A stretch of DNA of 64,000 nt from Chiloscyllium plagiosum (Eukaryota), in NCBI RefSeq assembly GCF_004010195.1, contig NC_057749.1:25149248-25213247 (forward strand). Direction: 5' to 3'. Of this stretch, positions 49,780 to 61,384 are shown piece after piece. The position numbers were made by a program, and so were the translations under genes. Below the pieces are notes generated by a model that was not told the DNA's origin, ran no database searches, and saw nothing but the letters and a program-made list of their open reading frames with translations. Every line of letters starts with the position of its first letter. Position 1 is the stretch's first letter.

Positions 49780-51066
49780 ATAAGTTGATTAGGGATAGTT
49801 AACACGGTTTTGTGAAGGGTAAGTCATACCTCACAAATCTTATTGAATTCTTTGAGAAGGCGACCAAACAGGTGGATGAGGGTAAAATGGTTGATGTGGT
49901 GTATATGGATTTCCAGTAAGGCATTTGATAAGGTTCCCCATGGTAGGCTACTGCACAAAATATGGAGACATGGAATTGAGGGCGAGTTAGCGGTTTGGAT
50001 CAGAAATTGGCTAGCTGAAAGAAGACAGAGGGTGATGGTTGATGGGAAATGTTCATCCTGGTGCTCAGTTACCAGTGGTGTGCCATAAAGATCTGTGTTG
50101 GAGCCATTGCTGTTTGTCATTTTTATAAATTATCTGGATGAAGACATAGAAGGATAGGTTAGTAAACATGTGGATGACACTAAGGTCGGTGAGTTGTGGA
50201 TAGTGCTGAAGGATGTTATCGGTTACAGGGGGGCATAGATAAGCTGCAGAGCTGGGCTGAGAGGTGGCAAATGGAGTTTAATGTGGAAAACTGTGAGGTG
50301 ATTCACTTTCAAAGGAGCAACAGGAATGCAGAGTCCTGGGCTAATGGTAAGGTACTTGGTAGTGTGGATGAGCAGAGAGATCTCGGTGTCCATGCGTATA
50401 GATCCCTAAAAGTTGCCACCCATGTTGATAGGGTTGTTAAGAAGGCATACAGTGTGTTAGCTTTTATTGGTAGAGGGACTGAGTTTCAGAGCCATGAGGT
50501 CATGCTGCAGCTATACAAAACACTGGTGCGGCTGCACTTGGAGTATTGCGTACAATTCTGGTCGCCGCATTATAGGAAGGATGTAGAAGCTTTGGAAAGT
50601 GTTCAGAGGAGATTTACTAGGATGTTGCCTGGTATGGAGGGAATGTCTTATGAGGAAAGGCTGTGGGACCTGAGGCTGTTTTAGATAGAAAGAAGAAGGT
50701 TGAGAGGCGACTTAATTGAGACATATAAGATAATCAGAGGGTTAGATAGGGTGGACAGTGAGAGCCTTTTTCCTCGGATGGTGATGGCTAGCACAAGGGG
50801 ACATAACTTTAAATTGAGAGGTGATCAATATAGGACAGATGTCAGAGGTAGTTTCTTTACTCAGAGAGTAATAGAGGCATTGAATGCCCTGCCTACAACA
50901 GTAGTAGACTTGCCAACTTTAAGGGCATTTAAATGGTCATTGGATAAACATATGGATGAAAACGGAATATTGTAGGTTAGATGGGCTTCAGATTGGTTTC
51001 ACAGGTTAGCGCAACATCGAGGGCTGAGGTGCCTGTACTGCACTGTAATGTTTTATTTTCTCTGTT
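49780..51066 (+). pseudogene. CR1 LINE RT domain to 3' end, decayed
   Basis: HGFVKGKSYLTNLIEFF...SKAFDKVPH...SGVP...WQMEFNVENCEV...LEYCVQFWSPHY. Confidence 0.93.
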
Positions 51067-51764
51067 CTAAATCTCTTCTGAACCCTCTCCAGCTTTAATA
51101 ATATCATTCCTGTAACAGGCAGGTCAGAACTGGAGGTTTATAGGAGCAAACTCTTGATGATAACTTGGGGGCTGCAACCTGCAAGAGACAGAGAGGAAAA
51201 AGGATTTATCCAATGTTTTCAGAAATCCATTCCACAATCCATCAATACACGGAGCAGCTTCACAGGGGTCTCTGTAATCTGTTATGGAATATCGCCTTCT
51301 GTTCATTATAAACCCTAATTGCTCTTGTTTGTATATTTACCAAATGGCATTGTATGGCCTGTTGCAAGGTAGTAATTAAGATGGAAAAAATCTCAATGAA
51401 CCCAAAACATAGTCTGATATTCACTCTGCTTCAATCCAATTAGTGAGCTTAGTTTATCTCCTACTACATCTGATTGATGGTCCATACCCTGAGCATTCTC
51501 ACACCGTTTAACCCTTCACAGTCAACACACCTCAGCTGATGTGTGCTATTACCTTCACCGTTCCCAATGCTAACACCAGTCAAGCTCCTCTGTTGTTCAT
51601 TTCTTTTATTTATATGTCGGATATGGGTGTTCCTGGCTGGGCCAGCATTTCTTGGCCATTCTGTGTTGTCCTTGAGAAGGTGGCACTGTGTGGGGTTGGT
51701 GTACCTACTGGGCAGTTAGGAAGGGTATTCAAGTATTTTGACCCAGCGACATTGAAGGAACGGG

Positions 51765-51835
51765 GGTGGGTGTGTGTGTGTGTGTGTTTGTGTGTGTTTG
51801 TGTGTGTGTGTGTGTGTGTTTGTGTGTGTGTGTGA
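51765..51835. repeat. (GT)n microsatellite
   Basis: Direct reading. Confidence 0.95.
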
Positions 51836-51842
51836 GTGAGTT

Positions 51843-52456
51843 TCTAATCTAATGTGGGTGTCTGTATGAGTTTGTCTGTGTGTATCTGTTTGGATGAGTG
51901 CATCTGTGTCCGTGTATATGTGTGAGTGTCTGAGTGTGTGTCTGTATATGTGTGTCCGAGTGTCTGTGTATGTGTGTGAGAGTTTGTATGAGTTGGTGGC
52001 ATGGTGGCACAGTGGTTAGCACTGCTGCCTCACAGCACCATAGACCTGGGTTCAATTCCCGCCTCAGGCGACTGTGTGGAGTTTGCACATTGTCTGTGTG
52101 GGTTTCCTCCCACAGTCCAAAGATGTCCAGGTTAGGTGAATTGGCCATGCTAAATTGCCCGGAGTGTTTGGGTGTAGGGGAATGGGTCTGGTAGGTTGTG
52201 CGTTGGCGGGTTGGTGTGGGCCGAAGGGCCTGTTTCCACACTTTAAGTGATCTAATCTAATGTGGGTGTCTGTATGAGTTTGTCTGTGTGTATCTGTTTG
52301 GATGAGTGCATCTGTGTCCGTGTATATGTGTGAGTGTCTGAGTGTGTGTCTGTATATGTGTGTCCGAGTGTCTGTGTATGTGTGTGAGAGTTTGTATGAG
52401 TTGGTGGCATGGTGGCACAATGGTTAGCACTGCTGCCTCACAGCACCATAGACCTG
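51843..52456 (+). repeat. 206-bp direct duplication (period 408) spanning a GT-rich tract and an HE1 head; full HE1 at 51995-52260
   Basis: 51843-52048 matches 52251-52456 with one mismatch seen. Confidence 0.9.
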
Positions 52457-52559
52457 AGTGTATGTCTGTATATGTGTGTCCGTCTGTCTGCATGAGTTTG
52501 AGTGTGTGCATGTGAGTGTATGGGTGTGTGGCCCTAGAAGGGAATTGGCAGGAGCTGGG

Positions 52560-52905
52560 TGGTACTTCACTTGTACCTGGGAACAGTGAACATTTTTGTT
52601 TTGTGTGCAATACAGTCAGGTCATACCACACAAGATAATAGAACAGAGCGAGGAATACAATGTGACAGCTGCAGAGAAAGTGCACAAACAGCGAGATCAA
52701 CATTAAATTTAAAATTTGAGGGGTCCACTCAGAAGTCTAACAACAGCAGGGAGGAAGCTGTTCTTGAATCTGTTAGTTCGTGTGTTTACATTTTTGTATC
52801 TTCTGCCTGATGGGAGAGGTCGGAAGAGATTATAACCGGGTGGGAGGTGTCTTTGATGATGTTGGCTGCCTTCCCAAAACAGCGGGAAGTGTAAATGGAG
52901 TCACC
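52560..52905 (-). mobile_element. Rex1/Babar 3' fragment
   Basis: Matches the 3' end of 44190-45860. Confidence 0.85.
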
Positions 52906-54309
52906 ACCACCTTCTCAAAGGCAATTACAACGATGCTATAAATAAAGCCAGTGGTACCCATATCCCATGGCTGAATAAAAAGAAGAATTTTTTAACAATG
53001 GAAAATTAACAATAAACTGACCAGCTCCTTCCAGAGACAGGTCATTGACATCACACTCACTGAGTTAATCCAATGCTATTGATGTCTGCTCAGATCTTGA
53101 AATGCTCTCAGTACACATTCAAAATGGTCATGCACAGTCCCCCTGCCAGTACTGCCAGTGGGATATTATCCTGCCCTGTCACTCACATTGGTTGTGCTTA
53201 TTTGGGCGCCGCCATGTTTTTTACTGGCAGGCAGGTTCACAAAGTGAGCACGTGCAGAACCTTCCATTTGTGAACCATTCAGGGTGTCTGGAGACACGGC
53301 CTTTTTAGACCAACCCCCTTATGCAACAGCTTGGTGATAACACTCGTGTGGAGTAACTCGGGGCACATTATCCCATTTAAGGTGGTACATCAATACAGCA
53401 AGTCGCCGTTGTTTTGTTTCTGGACTGTCCAGGGAGGGCAAACTCAGGACCAACTGTAATCTCCAAGTGATGCTGAGGGAAGGTGAAAGTTGGCCAGACA
53501 CTCTCCAAATTGTGTCAAATCAGCCCTGGATGTTGCATAAGGTAATGGCTCTGAAAGGGTTAATGCAGAAGAATACATTATGGCAAAGTCATCAGGAGTG
53601 GTGTGGGCAAAGACAGAACATCTTCGTATCTCAAGGGGGCCGGATCTCTTTTTCTAGTTCTCCCAATAGTTACAATAGTCTACCTCATTAATGTAACTGG
53701 TACCTGGTTGCTACCATGAAATAAATGTATTTAAGATCATTTTGTTTCTATCACTTTCGAACCAAGTAGGCTCTACAGACTCAGGTCAGAAAAAAAGGAT
53801 GGAAGCAGCTATCTGCCCAGCCGCACATTGGCATTGGGTTGGTATCACATGTGCACACCATGGTGACACATTCAACTTGATAATAATTATTTACTGTGAC
53901 CTGATACAACTTCTCCATGTTGCTAGCCGGGAGTATCAAAGATACTCTGTGTCAGTATCTTGAATGGCTTATAACATGAGATTTGATCACATGGATGGCT
54001 CAAAGATCATGAAATAGGGACTCATTTCCACTGGCATCAGGTCGTTACAAACAGGAAGGGAAATTAAGGGTGAATCAGGATTTATTTAACATACGTTTAT
54101 GGATGGGCGCTTGTGGGTCACAATGGATTGAGGGATCCTTTATCTCTCTGCTACCCTTACCTATAGGCACCTTCCCCGCTGTCAAAAACACTCTTTTGTC
54201 CAGTAAGCAGATTATTTGACTGCTCCAACTGCACTTGCAGCTTGTCACCGTTGCTACTGGAGGTCCTGTTAGCCACTGGCAATTTTACATTTCCAATTGT
54301 TTCTCCAAG

Positions 54310-54920
54310 ATTTCAGCATCATTTATTGCCCATCTCGAATTGCTCATGAACTGAATTATTTGCAAGGGCCATTTCCAAGGGCAGTCAAGTGTCAATCACA
54401 TAGCTCTGGGTCTGGAGTCACATGTAGACCAAGCCAGATGGTGCAGCACACTGGCTCAGTGGTTAGCACTGCTGCCTCACAGCACCAGGGACCCAGGTTT
54501 GATCCCAGCCTCAGGCGACTGTCTGTGTGGAGGTTGCACGTTTTCCCCGTGTCTGCGTGGGTTTCCTCCGGGTGATCTGGTTTTCTCCCACAATCCAAAG
54601 ATGTGCAGGCCATGCTAAATTGCCCAAAGTGTTCGGTGCATTTGTCAGAGGGAAATGGGTCTTGGGTTACTCTTCGGAGGGTCGGTGTGGACTTGTTGGG
54701 CTGCAGGGCCTGTTTCCACACTGTAGGGAATCAAATCTAATCTAATCAGGTAAGGATTGCAGTTTCCTTACCTAAAGGGCATTAGTTAACCAGATGGTTG
54801 GTTCCAGATTTTCTTTTTGTTGAATTTAAACACCACTAACTGCCATGGGAGAATACAAAGAATATTACCTGGGTCTCAGGGTTAATGGCCTAGCGATAAT
54901 ACCATTACACCATCATCTCC
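54310..54920 (-). mobile_element. Second SINE family copy interrupted by HE1 (54441-54746, plus)
   Basis: Reverse complement of the 48215 body on both sides of HE1. Confidence 0.75.
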
Positions 54921-54944
54921 GTGATGTTTGGTCGCAAACTTTTG

Positions 54945-55925
54945 TTTATTCACTTGCAGGATGTGGGCATCGCTGGCTGGTACAGCATTTATTGCCCATC
55001 TCTGGTTGCCCTTGCGAAGGTGTTAGTAAGCTGCCTTCCTGAACTGGTGCAGTTCATATCCTGCAGTTGGACCCACAATGCTGTTAGGGAGGGAATTCCA
55101 GGATTTTGATCCAATGACAGTGAAGGAATGGCAATAAATTTCCAAGTCAGGAACTTGCAGGTGGGTGGTGTTTTCATGTATCTGCTGCCTTTGTCCGTCT
55201 AGATTGACGTGGTCATACAGTCATAGACTCTTCGATCCAACTCATCCATGCCGACCAGATATCCTAACCTAATCTAGTCCTATTTGCCAGCTCTTGACTC
55301 ATCCCTCTAAATCCTTCCTATTCATCTCCCCATCCAGATACCTTCTAAATGTTGTAATTGTACCAACCTCCACTGCTTCCTCTGGCAGCTCATTCCATAT
55401 ACGCACCACCCACTGTATGAAAATGTTGCCCCTTCGGTCTTTTTTGTGTCATTTCCCTCACACCTTAAACCTATGCCATCTAGCTTTGGACTCTCCTACC
55501 CTGGGGGAATGACCTTCAATATTCACCCTATCCAGGTCCCCCCATGATTTTATAAACCTCTATGGCGTCACCCCTCAGCCTCCAATGTGCCAGGGAAAAT
55601 AGCCCCAGCCTATTCAGCCTCTCCCTCTTGCTCATGGAAGATACTGTCTGAGGATCTTTTGGGTAGTGCTAATGTAGATAGTACACACTGCCCCTACTGA
55701 GCTTTGGTGGTAGAGGAAAGGGATGGTTGCCAATTAAATGTAGCTGCTTTGTCCTGGATAGCGCCAAGCTTCTTGAGTGTTGTTGGAGCTGCACTCATCC
55801 AGGCAAGTGGGGAGTATTCCATCACACTCCTGACTTGTGCCTTGTAAATGCTGGACAGGCTTTGGGGAGTCAGGACTGAGTTACTAGTCACAAAATAACT
55901 AGCTTCTGACCTTCTCTTGTAGCCT
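54945..55925 (-). mobile_element. Unclassified LINE 3' end interrupted by HER1 (55215-55635)
   Basis: IYKAQVRSVMEYSPLAWMSAAPTTLKKL. Confidence 0.8.
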
Positions 55926-55954
55926 CTCACCTCAATGCAATTATATTTCAAGGA

Positions 55955-56460
55955 GAGCTTTAGAGTGTCTTTGTAACCTTTTCTTTGTCCCCCTTTGGAA
56001 CACTGGCCATTTAAGGGTTGGGAAAACAGGAGCTAGTGCATTACTCAGGGATCTGGGCGCAATGTTCAGTCCATTGTAGTTGATTTTGAAGAGGTTTAGT
56101 CTGAATGCTCAGAGAGCTGGCTTCAAAAGGAACACCCATGTTTGGTCAATGGTCCTCTTCCAGAATCCCGAGAATGTAGCAGAGATATTGCTGTGGAGCT
56201 CCCTTGCATTCTTACATGTCAATGATGCAGCCTCGCTCTCACTGCAGTACAACAGCGTGCTGACAAATGACCTCAACAGAAATACCAAATGTACCATCCA
56301 TGAATCTTCAGTTTCGACTCTCTGGAAACAGTCCGAAGTGGGATTTAAACTTTGCACTTTCTGCCTTAGAGTAGCGAATGCTCACCTTAACTTGACACAA
56401 ATTGATCCTCGGCTATTTAAACTTCAGACGAATTAAACTTAAGTGAGCCTCTGCACGCTA
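55955..56460 (-). mobile_element. Ancient RTE-clade LINE fragment
   Basis: Minus-strand VSTLLYCSES and a GGQRK-G-YKDTLK-like motif near 55960-55995. Confidence 0.6.
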
Positions 56461-57199
56461 TATGGCAGTACTTGGTCACACAGCTGAGGGGATCTGGAAT
56501 GTGATGTAAACAGAATGTAAGGAATTGAAGGCAGTTTGCAAAGTACCAGATGGTCATTTTCATACCATTGTCAGACGAAGCCCCATTAACCTATAAACAG
56601 CAGATAAACAGATATCAGAGCCATGAGCAATTTGTTTTTTTTCTCTGATGATATCATCACTCTGGAAGTTAAAACATAACAAACAGTTCCTGGGGCCACA
56701 ATGTAATCTCAAGTAATTAGTCTGCAATGTAACTCAGAACAGCTTGGAGGAATAGTTTAACCATTCGAGTGAAAACTAGATATTTTTCTGGGACAGTTGT
56801 AGAATGAAATCCAATCTGCGTCAACGCCCAGGGTGTTTTGAAATGTGGTGATGACGCATAATGTTACCAAATTAACACTGCCCTCCAGAACTCCATCCCT
56901 TTCACTTTCTCAACAGCACCAACCTGCAGAGGACATTTCCTCTCAGACAGGGTAGGACAGGTAAAAGGGGTAATCTCCATCTCTGACAGCCCTGAAATAA
57001 ACACAAGCAAGCATTGGACCAAAACCTCTCTCACAATCAGAAAATGTGATGCATTGTGTTGTTTTGATGAAGGATCACTTTGCTTCCTCTCTCCACAGAC
57101 GCAACCAGACCTGTTGAATATCTCCAGCAAATTCAGTTTTTGTTTCAGATTTCCAGCTTCCATAATTTATTCTTTCATTTAATACAATGCACCACCTTT

Positions 57200-58190
57200 T
57201 GGTAACAGAAGGAAAGTTCAAAGGAGATTTGAAGGGCACGTTTTTTTATACAGAGCGTGGTATGAGGCTGAAACACACTGCCAGGGGTGGTAGATATGAT
57301 ATGGGTGTTTCAGGGGCTTTTAGATAAGTACATGTCCATAAGGACCCTCACTAACTTTTACAGACACACCAGAGAAAGCATTCTATCTGGATGCATCATG
57401 ACTAAGTATGGCAAGAGAGTTGTGAACACAGCTCAGTCCTTCACGGAAGCCATCCATTGGCTCCATCTACACTTCTCACTGCCTCAGGAAGGCAGCCAAC
57501 ATCATCAAAGACCCCTCCAACCCCAGTTATAATCTCTTCCAACCTCTTCTGTATGGCAGCAGATACAAAAGTCTAAACGCAAGCACCAACAGGTTCAAGA
57601 ACAGCCTCTTCCCTGCTGTTAGTAGACCTCTGAATGGACCTCCCAAATTTTAAACCTAATGTTGATCTTGCATTCCCTACATCTTCTTTGCAGGAGTAAC
57701 CTCTCACTCTGTTCAATTACCCTATGATCTTTATATCTTTGTACATTACGATCTGCCTGTACGGCACACAGAAGTTTTCACTGTACTTAGGTACGTGTGG
57801 CAATATTAAAGCAAATCAAATCAAATCGCACAAATATGCAAGGAATGGACGGATATGGACCAAGGGCAGGTAAAAGGGATTAGTTTAATTTGGCATCATT
57901 TTCGGCACAACATGATGGGGTCCAAATGGCCTGTTCCTGTGCTGTAGAGCCAGTTCTGCTATAATGTATGTTTCTTCATCACGAATTGGCTTTAATGCGA
58001 TTGAAGAATTTAGACTATTAATTGTAGAATGGAAACTTTCCTTACCTGTATTGATTATAATGCAATTCAGGCTCCATTAGTTTAAATGGGGTGTGACTAT
58101 TGAGCAATTTTCTTATAATGCAAGATCACATGCGAACGGAAATATCGCATTATTCCAGAAGCAACTGCAATGTTCTATGTTCTATGTTTA
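57200..58190 (+). mobile_element. CR1 3' end hosting a Rex fragment (57330-57825) and a Tigger-like MITE (about 57946-58168)
   Basis: IRTLTNFYRHTRESILSGCI (Rex); CR1 tail CTGTGCTGTA|ATGTTCTATGTTCTAT split by the MITE. Confidence 0.7.
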
Positions 58191-58699
58191 AGTGACATGG
58201 AACTACAAACACGACAGAATCTAAGTTTGTTGCTTTCAGGTGTACATATAGCACTGATCTCAGATTGTGCCTTTGAGACTGAAATTCCTATCTCAATCCT
58301 CTGTTTCTTTCCTGTGGTGATTGTTTTCGAAATCAGAACACTCTTGATTCTTAAAATCATGTCTATGTGATTCATGCATGTTCACCCCCAAGAAATCATC
58401 GTCCCTCCGTCAATGTTTCCCACCCGGCGATATTAATCTGCCTTTAGCACTGTGTCCCTTTCCTGAAAGTTTTTCATTGGCAATGTATTGGTGTGGGTTT
58501 TTGGTTTGTTTTATTCTTTCATTGGAGATTGATGAAGCAAGACCAACATTTATTGCCCATTCCTAATTGCCTTTGAACTGAGTGCTTTGTGAGGCCATTT
58601 CAGAAAGCAGTCAAACACATTGCTATTGGTCTGGAGTCACACCAAAGACCAGACCAAGCAAGGACAGCAAAAGGAGATGAGTGAACAGGATTTTTTTAA

Positions 58700-60090
58700 A
58701 AATTTATTCTCTCTGGGACGTGAGCATTGCTGGCTGGGCCCAGCATTTATTGCCTGTCCCTTGTTGCCCCTTGAGAAGGTGGTGGTGAGCTGCCTTCTTG
58801 AAGCGCCGCAGTCCATGTGCTGTAGGTAGATCCACAATGCCCTGAGGGAGGGAATTCCAGATTCTGACACATCGACATGAATGAGTGGATGTGTTTCCAA
58901 TTCAGCGTGGTGCGTGGTTTGGAGGGGAAATTGCAGTTGGTGGTGGTGCCATGTATCTGCTGCCCTTGTTCTCCTAGATAGAAGTGGTCATGGTTTGAAA
59001 GATACTATCTGAGGATCTTTGGTGAAGTTCTGCCATGCATCGTGTCGATTGTACACACAGCTGTTACTGAGCATTGGTGGTGGAGGGCGTAGACATTTGT
59101 GGATATAGTGATAATCAAGTTGCTTTGTCTTGGATGGCGTCACACTCCTTGAATGTTGGAGCTGTACCCACCCAGGCAAGTGGGGAGTATTCTGTCACAG
59201 CCCTGACTTGTGCCTTGTAGATGGATGGGGAGTCAGGAGGTGAGTCATATACATCAGTATTCCGAGTCACTGACCTGCTCTTGTAGCCTCTGTGTTTATG
59301 TGGTGAGTCCAGTTGAGTTTCTGGTCAATGATAATGTCCAGGATGTTGATAGTGGGGGATTCAGTGATGGTAACACCAGTGAATGTCAAGGGGCCTTAGT
59401 TAGATTGTCTGTTACCGGGGACGGTCATTGCCTGGCATTTGTACAGCACAAATGTTGCTTGCCACTTGTCAGCCCAAGCCTGGATATTGTCCAGATCTTG
59501 TTCTATTTGAACATAGACTGTTACAGTATCTGAGGAGTTGTGAATGGTGTTGAACGTTGTGTAATCATCGGCGAACATCCGCACTTCTGACCTTATGATG
59601 GAGGAAAAGTCATTGATGGAGCAGCTGAAGATGGTTGGGCTGAGGACACTACCCTGAGAAACTCCTGCAGAGACTCCTGGAGCTGAGATGACTGACCTCC
59701 AACAACCACAACCATCTTCCTATATGTTAGGTATGATTCTAACCAGTAGAGAATTTGCTCCCTAATAGCTATTGATTCCAGTTTTGCGAGGGCTCCTTGA
59801 TGCCACACTCAGTCAAATGCAGTCTTGATATCAAGGGCTGTCATTCCCAGCGCCCCTCTGGAATTCAGCTCTTTAGTCCGTGTGTGAACCAAGGCTGTAA
59901 TGCGGTCAGGAGCTGAGTGACCCTGGAGGAACCCAAACTGGGCATCACTGAGCAGGTGCTGCTTGATAGCACTGTTGGTGACACCTTCCATCATGTTACT
60001 GATGATGGAGAGTAGACTGATGAGACAGTGATTGGCTGGGTTGGATTTGTCCTGCTTTTTATGTGCAAGACATACCTGGGCAATTTCTCT
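58700..60090 (-). pseudogene. Non-LTR retrotransposon RT to 3' UTR (CR1/Jockey group, clade unresolved)
   Basis: NPANHCLISLLSIISNMME...QFGFLQGHS...ALDIKTAFD.VWHQG...MRMFADD...WADKWQATF. Confidence 0.85.
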
Positions 60091-60295
60091 TGCTGGGTTG
60101 AACCAGAGGGTCACCACTCTTAAGGCTAGGGGAGTGGTTGAGGAGTTGGAACCCTCATGGTAAACTCAGCCAGTGCGGGAATTGAACCTGCGCAGTTGGT
60201 GTCACTCTATATCCTAAACCAGCTATCCAGCTGACTGATCCCCACTTTCCCTTCAGCATAGCGAGTCTGACTATGCCTGGCCGCTGAGAAAATCT

Positions 60296-60520
60296 ATAGT
60301 GATTGGAATAGGGCCAGGTGGATCTCCTTGACTATGATTGAGGTTTGTTAACCTGGGCCAATCAGGGAGCCCTGGCTGACAGATATAGCCAGGAGATTCA
60401 GAGAGAGACCCCTCAATCTGGGGACTGGCTCTGAGCTGGCTGGTCAGAGCCCAGTTACTATGCACATGGAAATACAGGGTGACTTGGTGACAGGATACCA
60501 GTCCCTGTGCAGTTATTTGA
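60296..60520 (+). mobile_element. Probable solo LTR
   Basis: ~225 bp with CCAAT (GGCCAATCAG), TATA-like GATATAG and polyA-like AAATACAG in LTR order; TG...CA ends are degenerate. Confidence 0.5.
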
Positions 60521-61072
60521 GGATCTTTAAAGTAAGGAACCATCACAAGGGATTTCACCAACGTATGCTAAGACAATAACTGCCATTGAACATAAGGATA
60601 TATGGGGACAGATGAAAGACTTGGTACAGGAAGTAAGCTTTCGGGCGCATTGTAACAACAATGAGATGGAGTGTTGCAAGCAAATCTGCAAATATCTGAG
60701 TCTAAATTCAATCTGAAATTGTCAATACTAATAGATCGAACCTCGTGGCAACAATGCAAGTCAGAACCTTTGTAAAACTTTGTACAGAGAAAGGGCAATT
60801 CTTTCTCATTACAACAGAAGTAAAGTTGCAGCTTTGTATAGAAGAGATGAGAGTGAGTTTACCAATTAACATCCTTTGAAGAGCTTTCAGCGGATACAAA
60901 GGTCAAATGGCTGATGCCTTTAACTGCATGTGTTTACTGTAAACTCCACTGAGAGTATCTTACAGTAAATGTATTATAATTGGCACAACCAGATGGGTCT
61001 GTGCCACATTTTTGTATATTTGTGTTTAACAAGGTACCAATTGGCGTCATTGCTGTCCCATAAAATGAACCA

Positions 61073-61205
61073 GGAGAAAGTGAGGACTGCAGATGCTGGA
61101 GATCAGAGCTTAAAAATGTGCTGCTGAAAAAGCGCAGCAGGTCAGGCAGCATCAAAGGAACAGGAGAATCGACGTTTTGGGCATAAGCCCTTCTTCAGGA
61201 ATGAA
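61073..61205 (-). mobile_element. Solo PLE terminus (family A)
   Basis: TSD ATAAAATGAACCA at 61060-61072 and 61206-61218; hammerhead on the minus strand at 61198-61171 with GAAA changed to AAAA. Confidence 0.88.
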
Positions 61206-61384
61206 ATAAAATGAACCACGTTAGGAAGAAAGGACCTTTTGAAGTGTGGTCTGTGTCAATGAAATTGCTAGGGGCTCGGGAGAACATTTACTTCCATATC
61301 TTTAGATTGAGAATACTGAATGACACAGCTGGCTGGTTGGGGTCTGTAAATTATGGAACATGGAATTATGGAAAATCCCTATAC

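Noticed and set aside
51849..52703. Repetitive ORFs of 118-148 aa
   Set aside because: Arise from the GT-rich tract, HE1 and the local duplication.
1172..61205. CRISPR-like array or prokaryotic system from recurring short palindromes
   Set aside because: Repeats are dispersed, not regularly spaced, flanked by TSDs and attached to PLE coding remnants in a eukaryotic context.
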